From the NCBI GenBank assembly GCA_963805495.1, contig CAWDUQ010000002.1, positions 1,453,828 to 1,517,827 on the forward strand: a DNA stretch of 64,000 bases, in the 5' to 3' direction. Below are positions 42,400 to 51,792 of the stretch, piece after piece. The stretch is from an uncultured Acidobacteriota bacterium. GTDB taxonomy: Bacteria; Acidobacteriota; Thermoanaerobaculia; UBA5066; Gp7-AA6. The stretch's first letter is position 1; each line of letters begins with the position of its first letter. The position numbers and the translations under genes were made by a program. Below the pieces are notes generated by a model. That model did not search any database. It had not been told where the DNA came from and worked only from the letters and a program-made list of their open reading frames with translations.

Positions 42400-44179
42400 G
42401 CGCCTTGGCGGGGGCCGGGCCCGTCGGGGCCTCGTTCTGGGGCCAGTAGTCCGCACCGTGCCCGGGGACGCTGTACTCGTAGGGCCCGCGGTGCACCGTC
42501 GGGATGCGCCCCGTGAAGTTCTCGTGCGGCGGAGGCGACGAGGTCTGCCACTCGAGCGTGTTCGCGTGCCAGGGGTTGGGTCCCGCGACCTTGCCCCGGC
42601 GCAGCGACAGGAAAAAGTTGAGGATGAGGATCAACTGCGCCGCTCCGAGGACGAAGAGCGAGATCGTCATGAACTGGTTCATCGGCTGGAGGTTCTTGAA
42701 CAACGAGTACTGGGTGTAGTCGTAGATCCGGCGCGGCATGCCCCGCATCCCCAGGAAGTGCATCGGGAAGAACACCAGGTTGAACGTGACGAAGGTGAGC
42801 GCCCAGTGAATCTTGCCCCACGTCTCGTTCATCATCCGGCCGAACATCTTCGGGTACCAGTAGTAGAGACCCGCGAAGGCCCCGAAGAGCGAGCCGCCGA
42901 AGAGTACGTAGTGGATGTGGCCCACGATGAAGTAGGTGTCGTGGATGAAGATGTCGACCGGCGTCGAGGCCATGAAGATGCCGGAGAGCCCTCCGATGAC
43001 GAACATGGCCACGAACGAGAGGGCATTCAGCATGGGCGTCGAGAAGTGAACGTCGCCGCCCCAGACGGTTCCGAGCCAGTTGAACGTCTTGATGGCCGAA
43101 GGCACGGCGATGACCATCGTCGAGATCATGAAGGTCGTGCCGAGGATGGGGTTCATGCCGCTCTGGAACATGTGGTGTCCCCAGACGATGAACCCGAGCC
43201 CTGCAATCCCCATCATCGAGTACGCCATGGCGCGGTAGCCGAACACGGGCTTGCGGCAGAAGACGGGCAGGATCTCCGAGGTGATGCCCATCGCGGGCAG
43301 GATCATGATGTAGACCTCGGGGTGCCCGAAGAACCAGAAGAGGTGCTGCCACAGGAGGACCTGGCCCCCGCCGGCGTTCGTCAGCGGCTGCCCAGAGATG
43401 ACGAGTCCGGCCGGCAGAAAGAACGTCGTGCCGAGCGTCCGGTCGAAGAGCAGCATGATGAGCGCGGCCGAGAGCACGGGCAGCGCGAGCAAAAGAAGAA
43501 CGGCCGTGATGAAGAGCGCCCACACGGTCAGGGGCATCCGGAAGAAGCTCATGCCGGGCGCCCGCATGTTGACGATCGTCGTGATGAAGTTGACCGACGT
43601 CAGGAGCGACGAGAGCCCCAGGATCAGGAGCGAGATCAGCCAGATCGTCTGGCCCCGCGGCTGGATCGCGGAGAGCGGCGCGTAGGAGGTCCAGCCTCCG
43701 GCCGCCGCGCCCCCGGTCACGAAGAAGGAGTAGATGATGAGGACCGCCGCGGGCACGGCCACCCAGAAGGACATCATGTTGAGCTTCGGGAAGGCCATGT
43801 CCCGGGCGCCGATCTGGATGGGGACGACGAAGTTGCCGAACGCGCCGATCAGGATCGGCATGATCGCGAAGAAGATCATGATCGTCGCGTGCATCGTGAA
43901 GAGCGAGTTGTAGAACTCGGGCAGCATCACGCCGCCCGGCATCCCTTCCGGCACGAGCTTGCCCATGAACGGCAGGGGCCGCCCGGGCCAGGCGAGCTGG
44001 TACCGGACGAGGGTCGCGAGCAGCCCCCCGATCACGAGCATCGTGAGCGCGTAGAAGAGGTACTGGATGCCGATCACCTTGTGGTCCAGCGAAAAGACGT
44101 ACTTGCGCAGGAACGTGGTCGGCGCGGCGTGTCCGCCGGCGTGGGCGTGCGCCTCCCGGGGCAGGGCGACCGTGCTCAA
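42392..44179 (-). CDS. ctaD: Cytochrome c oxidase subunit I.
   Basis: Canonical COX1 (HKVIGIQYLF, WFFGHPEVYIMILP, HHMF). 595 aa. Confidence 0.95.
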   Translation of the reverse strand: MSTVALPREAHAHAGGHAAPTTFLRKYVFSLDHKVIGIQYLFYALTMLVIGGLLATLVRYQLAWPGRPLPFMGKLVPEGMPGGVMLPEFYNSLFTMHATIMIFFAIMPILIGAFGNFVVPIQIGARDMAFPKLNMMSFWVAVPAAVLIIYSFFVTGGAAAGGWTSYAPLSAIQPRGQTIWLISLLILGLSSLLTSVNFITTIVNMRAPGMSFFRMPLTVWALFITAVLLLLALPVLSAALIMLLFDRTLGTTFFLPAGLVISGQPLTNAGGGQVLLWQHLFWFFGHPEVYIMILPAMGITSEILPVFCRKPVFGYRAMAYSMMGIAGLGFIVWGHHMFQSGMNPILGTTFMISTMVIAVPSAIKTFNWLGTVWGGDVHFSTPMLNALSFVAMFVIGGLSGIFMASTPVDIFIHDTYFIVGHIHYVLFGGSLFGAFAGLYYWYPKMFGRMMNETWGKIHWALTFVTFNLVFFPMHFLGMRGMPRRIYDYTQYSLFKNLQPMNQFMTISLFVLGAAQLILILNFFLSLRRGKVAGPNPWHANTLEWQTSSPPPHENFTGRIPTVHRGPYEYSVPGHGADYWPQNEAPTGPAPAKAHG

Positions 44180-45024
44180 GAGTTGCCTCCCTTTTCACTG
44201 ACGACGACGACCGGGGCCGCCGCGGGTTGCGCCTGCGGGGCGGCGGCCGGATTCTGTTCGGCGGCCGCCGCCGCGGCCTGCTCGGCCATCCACTTCTGGA
44301 AGTTCTCGGGCGTGTCGACCGTGACGAAGCCCTTCATCCGGAAGTGACCCAGGCCGCACAGCTCGGCGCACGCGATCTCCCAGTTCCCCACGCGGTTGCC
44401 CTCGAACCAGATGCGCGTCTTCATCCCCGGAACCGCATCCTGCTTGACGCGAAACTCCGGAAGGAAGAACGAATGGATGACGTCCTTGGACGTCAGCGTC
44501 GCGACGACCGGCTTGCCCACGGGGAAGTGCAGCTGGTTCAGCGTGACGACGTCGTCGGCCGTGTCGAACTTGCCGTCGGCGCCGGCGTACCGGATGTTCC
44601 AGGCGAACTGCTCGGCCGTCACGTGGACCTCGATCGCGTCCTTGGGCATCCGCTCCTTGATTTCTTCCCAGACTCGGCGCGAGAGCAGCGCGACCATCAC
44701 GCAGATCAAAGCCGGGACGATCGTCCAGATCACCTCGAGCCGGTTGTTGCCGTGCGTGTACACGGCCTTGCGCCCCTCGCGGTGCCGGTATTTCCAGAGG
44801 AAGAAAATCAGCAGGGCCTCGACGATCACGAAAATGACGCCGGTGATCCACGCGATGAGGTGCCAGATCGAGTCGATCTCGTGAGCGTAGGTCGACGCCT
44901 GCTCCGGCAGGTGCAGCCAGAACGGCAGGGCCCCCGCGGCGGCCGGCGCGAGGGCGGCCACGAAAAAGAAAAGCGCCGGCCGGAGAGCCCGGACGGCGCC
45001 CGAGAAACGCATTGTGTTGTTCAC
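44176..45024 (-). CDS. ctaC: Cytochrome c oxidase subunit II (CuA; no fused cytochrome c domain).
   Basis: CuA site HSFFLPEF...CAELCGLGHFRM. No CxxCH motif. Confidence 0.9.
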   Translation of the reverse strand: MNNTMRFSGAVRALRPALFFFVAALAPAAAGALPFWLHLPEQASTYAHEIDSIWHLIAWITGVIFVIVEALLIFFLWKYRHREGRKAVYTHGNNRLEVIWTIVPALICVMVALLSRRVWEEIKERMPKDAIEVHVTAEQFAWNIRYAGADGKFDTADDVVTLNQLHFPVGKPVVATLTSKDVIHSFFLPEFRVKQDAVPGMKTRIWFEGNRVGNWEIACAELCGLGHFRMKGFVTVDTPENFQKWMAEQAAAAAAEQNPAAAPQAQPAAAPVVVVSEKGGNS

Positions 45025-45043
45025 GGCGGGATAGATTACCGGA

Positions 45044-45841
45044 CTATCCCTTGAAGGTGAAGTCGAGCGTTTTCGACTCGTTGCCCGTGATCGTCACGTT
45101 CTGGGTCTGGGTGCCGTACTTCTCGTGCCACGCCTCGATCACGTAGTTGCCGGGCGGGAGATTCTTGATCTCGAAGGCGCCCTGGTCGTTGGTCACCGCG
45201 AAGAAGGGGTGGTTGAAAACGCCCGTGTAGGCGCCCATCCACTTGTGGACGTCGCACTTGAACCGGATCGGGACCTCGACCGAGTCGAACTTCTTGATCG
45301 TTTCCATGCCCTTGAAGGGCTGGCCGATGTTGAATTCGGCGTTCTTCTTCGGAAGGGCGTGGATGTTGTGCAGCGTGCCGTCGCTGTTGAGGACCTTCAG
45401 CGGCTGGCCCGCCATGATGCCGAAGACGTGCGGGTGGTACTGGCAGCCGTGCTGATCGAGGGTCACCGCCTCGGTCGGCACCGGGTAGTTGCCCGAGGCG
45501 CCTTCCTTGACGTAGACGAGCACCCACTCGAGGGTCTTGTTCGGGTTGACGACGACTTCCTCCTCGTGCACCGGCTCCTTGTGCTCGGACTTGCAGAAGG
45601 CGTCGGCGTCCATCTTGATGGTCGGCATCGCCGGGGCGGTGCCGTCGAAATTGACCTTGCCGGTCAGGGTCGCGCCGCCGGTCGCCGGGGCTGCCGCGGC
45701 GGCCGCCGCCGGGGCCGCCGACGTCGAGGTCGCCGGGGCCTCGTCTTCCATCAATGCGTCCTCGTCCTTCTGGCCGCCGCAGGCCAGGATCGGCAGGGAC
45801 GCGGCCGCCGCCAGAAGCAGAAAGAGAGCGCGCTTGGACAT
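45044..45841 (-). CDS. Lipoprotein with a cupredoxin-like (type-1 copper) domain fused to a carboxypeptidase-regulatory-like beta-sandwich.
   Basis: Lipobox LPILACGG. Candidate copper ligands ...LHNIH...FKCDVHKWM (His, Cys-x2-His-x2-Met). C-terminal GAFEIKNLPPGNYVIEAWHEKYG transthyretin/CarbopepD_reg-like motif. Confidence 0.5.
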   Translation of the reverse strand: MSKRALFLLLAAAASLPILACGGQKDEDALMEDEAPATSTSAAPAAAAAAAPATGGATLTGKVNFDGTAPAMPTIKMDADAFCKSEHKEPVHEEEVVVNPNKTLEWVLVYVKEGASGNYPVPTEAVTLDQHGCQYHPHVFGIMAGQPLKVLNSDGTLHNIHALPKKNAEFNIGQPFKGMETIKKFDSVEVPIRFKCDVHKWMGAYTGVFNHPFFAVTNDQGAFEIKNLPPGNYVIEAWHEKYGTQTQNVTITGNESKTLDFTFKG

Positions 45842-45964
45842 CGAAGTCTCCTTAACGTGAAATCCCGGTAGACCGTGCTTCCGGACCCGCGCGCTTCTGC
45901 GAAGGCGCCGCCAGAGCCCGGGCATCATACCCAAGCCGTTCCACGCTTTTCAAGCAGCGCTGGA

Positions 45965-46627
45965 ATGGTATCGTCAATCCACAGAGTGCTTTCGACGACG
46001 CTCCTCGCCGAGGACCTCGACAAATCGTTCGTGGGACCTCCCCTCTTCTCCGGGTTCTCCGCCCGGATAGAAGCCGGTCTGACCGCGGTCACCGGCCGGA
46101 ACGGCAGCGGCAAGACGACCTTGCTGAAGATCCTTGCGGGGTTGCTGCGTCCGACCTCCGGACGCGTGCGCGTCGAGCGGGACGGCCGGGTGCTCTCCGG
46201 CGACGAGCGGCGCCTGGCGATCGGCTGGGCCGGGCCCGACCTCGCCTTCTACGGAGAGCTGACCGGAGTCGAAAACCTGAGCTTCTACCGGGAGGCCGCC
46301 GGGCAGGCGCTTCCGGAAGCCGAGATCCGGCTTCGGCTCGCGGAAGTCGGCCTGGCGGAGTCGGCCGCCGACCGGCGGGTCGACGAGTACTCGACGGGCA
46401 TGCGCCAGCGCCTGCGCGTGGCGTTCGCCGTGCTTTTCGACCCGGCGATCGTACTCCTCGACGAGCCGTTCCTGGGGCTCGACGTCGAGGGTCGCGAGAT
46501 CGTGTACGCCCTCGTCGAACGGGCCCGGCAGCGCGGCGCCGTGGTGCTCGCCTCGAACGACGAGCGGGACTTCGCCCGGCCGGAGCAGCGCATCGAGCTC
46601 GGCGCGGGGCCCGGCCGCACCGTATGA
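45965..46627 (+). CDS. ccmA: Heme exporter ATP-binding protein CcmA.
   Basis: Walker A GRNGSGKTT, signature YSTGMRQR and Walker B LLDEP. Short (220 aa) CcmA-type ABC ATPase upstream of ccmB. Confidence 0.8.
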   Translation: MVSSIHRVLSTTLLAEDLDKSFVGPPLFSGFSARIEAGLTAVTGRNGSGKTTLLKILAGLLRPTSGRVRVERDGRVLSGDERRLAIGWAGPDLAFYGELTGVENLSFYREAAGQALPEAEIRLRLAEVGLAESAADRRVDEYSTGMRQRLRVAFAVLFDPAIVLLDEPFLGLDVEGREIVYALVERARQRGAVVLASNDERDFARPEQRIELGAGPGRTV

Positions 46628-47295
46628 GCCTGCCCGGGCGGATCTGGGTCGTCTGCGCCAAGGACGCCCGCCAGGAGCTGCGGAGTCGGATCGCCACCCT
46701 CGCGGTGCTCTTCTTCGCCGCGACGGCGCTGGCGCTCACTTCGTACTCGATCGGCCCGTTCGGCCTCCCGGCGGCGGACCGGCCCCCTCTCCAGGCGGCC
46801 CTGCTCTGGATCATCCTTTTTTTCGCGGCGGCGACCGGCCTGCCGCGCGCCTTCGTCCAGGAAGAGGAAACGGGGACCGGGCTGGCGCTGCGCAAGACGC
46901 TGTCGGGCTCGCTGGTGCTGGCCGGAAAGGCGCTCTTCAACTTCGGCCTCTTTCTCGCGATCGCCGCCGTCGTGATCCCCGGCTTCTTCGTGCTCCTCGA
47001 CTGGCGGGTGGCCGCCCCGGGCACGCTCGCCGCGACGATTCTCTGCGGCGGCTACGGGCTCGCGGTCGTTTCGACGTTCCTTTCGGCCCTGACGGCGCGG
47101 GCCGGCCAGAGGAACGTCCTCTTCGTGCTGGTCGCGTTCCCGCTCGTGCTGCCGCTGCTCCTCACGGCGATCTCCGCCACCCTCGCGGCGACGCGCGGAA
47201 CGGACGCCTGGTCGCCCCTGCGGGTCCTGATCGCCTACGACGGTGCGGCGTCCTGCGCGGCGTATTTGCTTGCGGAAGTGGCCTGGGAGGATTAG
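46624..47295 (+). CDS. ccmB: Heme exporter protein CcmB.
   Basis: 6-TM CcmB-like permease. ATG overlaps the ccmA stop (ATGA). Confidence 0.8.
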   Translation: MSLPGRIWVVCAKDARQELRSRIATLAVLFFAATALALTSYSIGPFGLPAADRPPLQAALLWIILFFAAATGLPRAFVQEEETGTGLALRKTLSGSLVLAGKALFNFGLFLAIAAVVIPGFFVLLDWRVAAPGTLAATILCGGYGLAVVSTFLSALTARAGQRNVLFVLVAFPLVLPLLLTAISATLAATRGTDAWSPLRVLIAYDGAASCAAYLLAEVAWED

Positions 47296-47324
47296 AAATC
47301 CGTGAGGCTTGGAGGCGTGAGGAC

Positions 47325-47987
47325 ATGAAATTCCTGAAGGCGCTGCTGCTCCCGTACATGGCCGCCGTCGTCGGCGCGGCCTTCCTGTGGCCGCAGCCCG
47401 CGTCCGGTTTCATCGGCGAATCGTCCCGGATCGTCTTCTTCCACGTCCCCTGCGCGTGGACGTCGACGCTCGCGTTCGTGTTCGCCGCCATTTATTCGCT
47501 CGCCTACCTTCGCACGCGCAACCCGTGGCACGACGAGATCGCGTGCGCCGCCGTCAAGATCGGCCTCCTCTTCGGCGTCCTGACGCTCATCACCGGGTCG
47601 CTTTTCGCAAACATCATGTGGGGCTCGTGGTGGAACTGGGACCCCCGGGAGTCTTCGTACCTCCTGCTCGTCTTCCTCTATGCGGCCTACCTGTTTCTCC
47701 GGGCGGCCGTCGACGACCCCGAGCGGAGGGCCAGGATCGCCGCCGCCTATGCCCTCTTTGCGGCCGTGCTGATGCCCTTCCTGGTGTTCATCGCGCCCCG
47801 CGTCACGGCCTCGCTCCACCCCCAGACCGTCATCAACCCGCAGGGCAAGATCCTGATGGACACGCCCACCCGGGCCGTCTTCTTCGGCGCGCTCGCCGGG
47901 TTCTCGGGGCTGTTCGCCTGGATGCTTTCGCTCGAGGCCCGGGCCGCGCGTCTCGCCCGCCGCCAGGGCCGGCGCCCCGGCGCCTAA
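47325..47987 (+). CDS. ccmC: Heme exporter protein CcmC.
   Basis: W-rich motif WGSWWNWDPRE and conserved His residues. GGAGG Shine-Dalgarno sequence. Confidence 0.9.
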   Translation: MKFLKALLLPYMAAVVGAAFLWPQPASGFIGESSRIVFFHVPCAWTSTLAFVFAAIYSLAYLRTRNPWHDEIACAAVKIGLLFGVLTLITGSLFANIMWGSWWNWDPRESSYLLLVFLYAAYLFLRAAVDDPERRARIAAAYALFAAVLMPFLVFIAPRVTASLHPQTVINPQGKILMDTPTRAVFFGALAGFSGLFAWMLSLEARAARLARRQGRRPGA

Positions 47988-48173
47988 GGGGACGGCGGGG
48001 CGGAAGGCAAGGGTCGCGGCCGGGGGGCTCTTCCCAACCGACGCGCGGGCCCGGCCCGGGACGGGGTCGAGGGGGTCGGAAGATGCCTCCGCCCCTGATG
48101 CATTCGCATCACAGGCCGCGACCTGTCCCCTGCGACAGTTGAACTCGATGAAGATAAGGGAGAGACTGAAGCC

Positions 48174-48284
48174 ATGAGCAGCCTCGGCTACCTGGCCGCC
48201 GTCAACGTGGTGATCTGGGTGGGACTGTTTTTCTACCTCTGGCGCCTTGACCGGCGCCTGACCGAATCGGAGCGCAAGTCATGA
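48174..48284 (+). CDS. ccmD: Heme exporter protein CcmD (36 aa; too short for the ORF track).
   Basis: MSSLGYLAAVNVVIWVGLFFYLWRLDRRLTESERKS: single TM followed by a basic tail. AAGGGAGAG Shine-Dalgarno sequence. The stop overlaps the ccmE ATG. Confidence 0.6.
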   Translation: MSSLGYLAAVNVVIWVGLFFYLWRLDRRLTESERKS

Positions 48285-48694
48285 AGAAGGGCTACTGGAT
48301 CGCCGCGGTGCTCACCCTCGCCTTTCTCGGCTTCGGCCTGACCGCGTTCCAGAAGACGCTGACCCCGTACCTGTCCTTCGACGAGGCGCGCAAGTCGACT
48401 GGGATCGTCCAGGTCATGGGCGGCCTCGACAAGCAGAGCGACCGCTACGACACGGGCAAAGAAGAGCTCTCGTTCGACCTGGTCGACCCGGCGGGCCACC
48501 GCATGCCGGTCGTCTACCGGGGCGTCCGTCCGGGCAACTTCAAGGACGCGATCTCCATCGTCGCGATCGGCCGCTTCGAGGAGGGCCGCATCGAGGCCGA
48601 GAAGCTCCTCGTGAAGTGTCCCTCGAAGTACCAGGGGGCGGAGGTCGAGAAGGCCTACTCGGCGCAGCCCGCGGCTCCGGCCCAAAAGAGCTGA
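48281..48694 (+). CDS. ccmE: Cytochrome c-type biogenesis heme chaperone CcmE (Cys-type CxxxY variant).
   Basis: TM anchor plus OB fold. LLVKCPSKYQG where the canonical form has LAKHDENY. Confidence 0.85.
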   Translation: MKKGYWIAAVLTLAFLGFGLTAFQKTLTPYLSFDEARKSTGIVQVMGGLDKQSDRYDTGKEELSFDLVDPAGHRMPVVYRGVRPGNFKDAISIVAIGRFEEGRIEAEKLLVKCPSKYQGAEVEKAYSAQPAAPAQKS

Positions 48695-51036
48695 TGTACA
48701 TCTGGCCCGGGGTGGCGGCGATCTGGGGAGCGCTCTTTGCGGGGATCGCCTCGGCGTTCGTCTACTTCCTCGTCGACCGGGGGCGCAAGGAACTCCTGCC
48801 GCTCGCTCGGACGACCTATACGGCGTTTGCGACCTGCGTCGTCGTCGCGTCGGCGATCCTCATGACTCTCCTTCTGCAGCACCGGTTCGACGTGGCCTAC
48901 GTCAACTCCTACTCGGCCACCGACCTGCCGCTCCACTTCCTAATCTCGACGTTCTGGGCCGGCCAGGAGGGTTCCTTCCTGCTGTGGTGCTTCTGGGGAG
49001 CGCTCATCGGGCTCTTCGTCTGGCGGAGCGCCAAGGAGCAGGAAGCGCCCGTGATGATCGTCTACATCGCGACCTTTCTCGGCATCATCGCGATCCTCTG
49101 CAAGCAGAGCCCCTTCAAGCTGCTGCCCCCGCCCGTGCCGCAGGACGGCGTCGGCCTGAATCCCCTTCTCCAGGACCCGTGGATGGTGATCCATCCGCCC
49201 GTGATGTTCATCGGGTTCGCGTCCCTCTCGGTCCCCTTTTCCTTCGCGATCGCCGCTCTCTGGAAGAAGCGCTGGGACGGCTGGATCACCCGGACGCTTC
49301 CCTGGGCGCTCCTGACCTTCCTGACTCTGGGAACCGCCATCCTCATGGGCGGCTACTGGGCGTACAAGACGCTCGGCTGGGGCGGATACTGGGGCTGGGA
49401 CCCGGTCGAGAACACGAGCCTCGTCCCCTGGCTCTTTACGGCGGCCCTCGTCCACGGCATGTTCCTGCAGCGCGCGCGCAAGCGACACCGCAAGGTCAAC
49501 CTGATCCTCGCCTGCACGGCCTACGCGACCATCCTCTACGGCACGTTCCTGACGCGCTCGGGAGTCCTCGCGGATTTCTCGGTGCACTCGTTCATCGATC
49601 TCGGGATCACGGGGTGGCTGGTCGGAATCCTCGGCACGTTCATCGGACTGTCCATCATCCTGATCGCCTGGCGGTGGCGGTCGATTCCCACGGCCTCGGA
49701 CGAGGAGGGATCGCTGCTCTCCCGCAGCGTGCTCTTGATTCTGGGGATCGCGGTCTTCTGCGCTCTCGGCCTCGTGATCCTCCTCGGCACGTCGGCCCCG
49801 ATCCTGACGCGGCTCTCCGGCACGCCCTCGCAGGTCCAGACCGCTTTTTACGGCCGGACGACCACCCCCGCGGGCTTTCTGCTCATCCTGCTGTCGGGGA
49901 TCGTCGGATTCGTGTCCTGGAAGGGCACGACGTTCCGGGAGCTCCTCAGGAACTCTTACCGGTCCCTCGCCGTCGCCGCCGTCGTGATCGTCACGGCCCT
50001 CATCCTGGGAGCGAGGGGGACCGAGCCGCTCGTTCTCATCTTCACCGCGGCCTTCGCGGCCGACATGAACCTCCGCGCCGTCCTGCGCAAGACCTCGAGC
50101 GGAAAGCTCGGCGGGGCGGGCGGATACCTCGCCCACGTCGGCGTGGGCATCATGCTCGCCGGCGTCGTCATCTCGGGGGCCTACGCGAAGACGCAGCGGC
50201 TGACCTTGCGGGTCAACACGCCGACCAAGTCGGGCGACGTGACGCTGACGTACCTGCGGGTCGTGCCCGGGAGCGGCCGCACCAAACAGGCCATGGAGGT
50301 CCGCGTCGTCACGGCGGCCGGGAAGACCTTCTACGCCTACCCCAAGATGTACGAGAACAGCCGGACCGGCCAGCTCATGGTGAACCCTTCGATCAGGAGC
50401 TCGGCCGTGACCGACCTCTACATCGCTCCGCAGCAGTACGACCCGGGCCAGCCCGAAACGGTCGGCCGCGACATCCGGCTGACGAAGGGAACGACCACCA
50501 ACATCGACGGCACCGGCTTCACGTTCCGCGACTTCAACGCCGACCGGTCGGCGATGATGCGGGGCGAGAAGACCGTCCTCGTCCTGACCGACCTGACGAT
50601 CACTCCGCCCGACGGCTCGCAGCACGACATGACCCTCAAGTACGTCTTTCACCTCGACGGCGGCGAGACCGAGGCCGAGGCCGTGCCGATCCCCGGCTAC
50701 CCCGACGCGAAGGCGCGCGTCCTCGCCGTCTCCCCCAACGACGGCGCCGTGATCCTCCGGTTGAACGGCGTCTCGAAGAACCCGGGCGACGAGTTCTCCC
50801 CGGCGACCGTCGAGTCGCTTTCGATCGAGGTGACGCGCAAGCCGCTCATCGCGCTCGTCTGGGGCGGCTTCTACGTCATGATGGCCGGGGGGCTCCTCGC
50901 TTTCATCAAGCGCACCGGCGAGGCGCGCCGCGCCGTCGTCGAGGCGGGCCAGGCGATGGTGGCATCCCGTACCGAGCCGCCGGTCGGCGCGACGGGGCCC
51001 GCCCTCCCGGCCCACACCCGCTCCCGCCTCGAGTAG
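48694..51036 (+). CDS. ccmF: Cytochrome c-type biogenesis protein CcmF.
   Basis: WGGYWGWDPVENTSLVPW WWD motif. Multiple TM helices. 781 aa. Confidence 0.9.
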   Translation: MYIWPGVAAIWGALFAGIASAFVYFLVDRGRKELLPLARTTYTAFATCVVVASAILMTLLLQHRFDVAYVNSYSATDLPLHFLISTFWAGQEGSFLLWCFWGALIGLFVWRSAKEQEAPVMIVYIATFLGIIAILCKQSPFKLLPPPVPQDGVGLNPLLQDPWMVIHPPVMFIGFASLSVPFSFAIAALWKKRWDGWITRTLPWALLTFLTLGTAILMGGYWAYKTLGWGGYWGWDPVENTSLVPWLFTAALVHGMFLQRARKRHRKVNLILACTAYATILYGTFLTRSGVLADFSVHSFIDLGITGWLVGILGTFIGLSIILIAWRWRSIPTASDEEGSLLSRSVLLILGIAVFCALGLVILLGTSAPILTRLSGTPSQVQTAFYGRTTTPAGFLLILLSGIVGFVSWKGTTFRELLRNSYRSLAVAAVVIVTALILGARGTEPLVLIFTAAFAADMNLRAVLRKTSSGKLGGAGGYLAHVGVGIMLAGVVISGAYAKTQRLTLRVNTPTKSGDVTLTYLRVVPGSGRTKQAMEVRVVTAAGKTFYAYPKMYENSRTGQLMVNPSIRSSAVTDLYIAPQQYDPGQPETVGRDIRLTKGTTTNIDGTGFTFRDFNADRSAMMRGEKTVLVLTDLTITPPDGSQHDMTLKYVFHLDGGETEAEAVPIPGYPDAKARVLAVSPNDGAVILRLNGVSKNPGDEFSPATVESLSIEVTRKPLIALVWGGFYVMMAGGLLAFIKRTGEARRAVVEAGQAMVASRTEPPVGATGPALPAHTRSRLE

Positions 51037-51051
51037 CTCCCGCAGGGCCGC

Positions 51052-51792
51052 TCAACGCGGCGCGGCGACCTCGAGCTCCAAACCGTCGCTGGCCCCGGTC
51101 ACGGAGCAGCCCGGCGGCTTCTCGGCCGAGAGCTCCTCGAGAGCCGCGCCGAGCGCCGCCTCCCCCATCTCGATCGGCCCCTTCCCGAAGTGGGAGAAGA
51201 TCGCGCGCAGCACGCCGAACCGCGAGAGCCAGCCGAGCTGCGCCCGCACGGTCGTATGCCCGAGGAGCACCCCGCTCGGGTGCCGACGCACGAGGGAGCC
51301 GCGGAGCGTCGAACCGTCGCCGATGTAGAGGTCGCAGCCCGTGAGCGCCGCCTCCGGATTCTCGAACGCCACGATGTCGCCCGCGTAGACGACCGTCAGC
51401 CCTCCCGCTTCGATGCGCGCGCCGATGCCCGGGCAGCGCACGGAGTGGATCACGGGGTGCGCGCTCAGGCGGAAAGGACCGATGTCGACGGGGGCCTCGG
51501 GCTCGAGCGTCACCCGCCGGGTCAGCGGCAGCTCGCGCAGGAGGTCGTGGGTCACGGCCGAGGCGTGCACGGGAAGGTCGGTGCCCTCCCAGAGTCCCCA
51601 GCCGTGGTCGGGGTGCGCGTGCGAGACGAAGATCGCGTCGGGGCGGATCTTCGGAAGCAGGCCTTTCCGGTTCTCGCCGAAGTCGCAGAGCAGCCGGAAC
51701 CCCTCGTCCTCCAGCACGAATGCGGAGTGGCCGGAATGCGCCTTCGACGTCTCCGCGACGTTGCCCTTCGTGCCGTAGAACCGGATGTTCAC
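51052..51792 (-). CDS. MBL-fold metallo-hydrolase.
   Basis: HAHPDHGWG motif. Ordinary composition. Confidence 0.7.
   Translation of the reverse strand: MNIRFYGTKGNVAETSKAHSGHSAFVLEDEGFRLLCDFGENRKGLLPKIRPDAIFVSHAHPDHGWGLWEGTDLPVHASAVTHDLLRELPLTRRVTLEPEAPVDIGPFRLSAHPVIHSVRCPGIGARIEAGGLTVVYAGDIVAFENPEAALTGCDLYIGDGSTLRGSLVRRHPSGVLLGHTTVRAQLGWLSRFGVLRAIFSHFGKGPIEMGEAALGAALEELSAEKPPGCSVTGASDGLELEVAAPR

Noticed and set aside
42398-45054. Plus-strand ORFs 42398..44347, 44227..45054 and 44396..44884 opposite coxI/coxII, and minus ORFs 42327..44198 and 44195..44851.
   Set aside because: Antisense or alternate frames of highly conserved COX1/COX2. Charged low-complexity translations.
48940-51344. Antisense or frame-shifted ORFs across ccmF (48940..51015 minus, 48984..51344 plus).
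   Set aside because: Spurious. ccmF carries the WWD motif and hydrophobic helices in its own frame.
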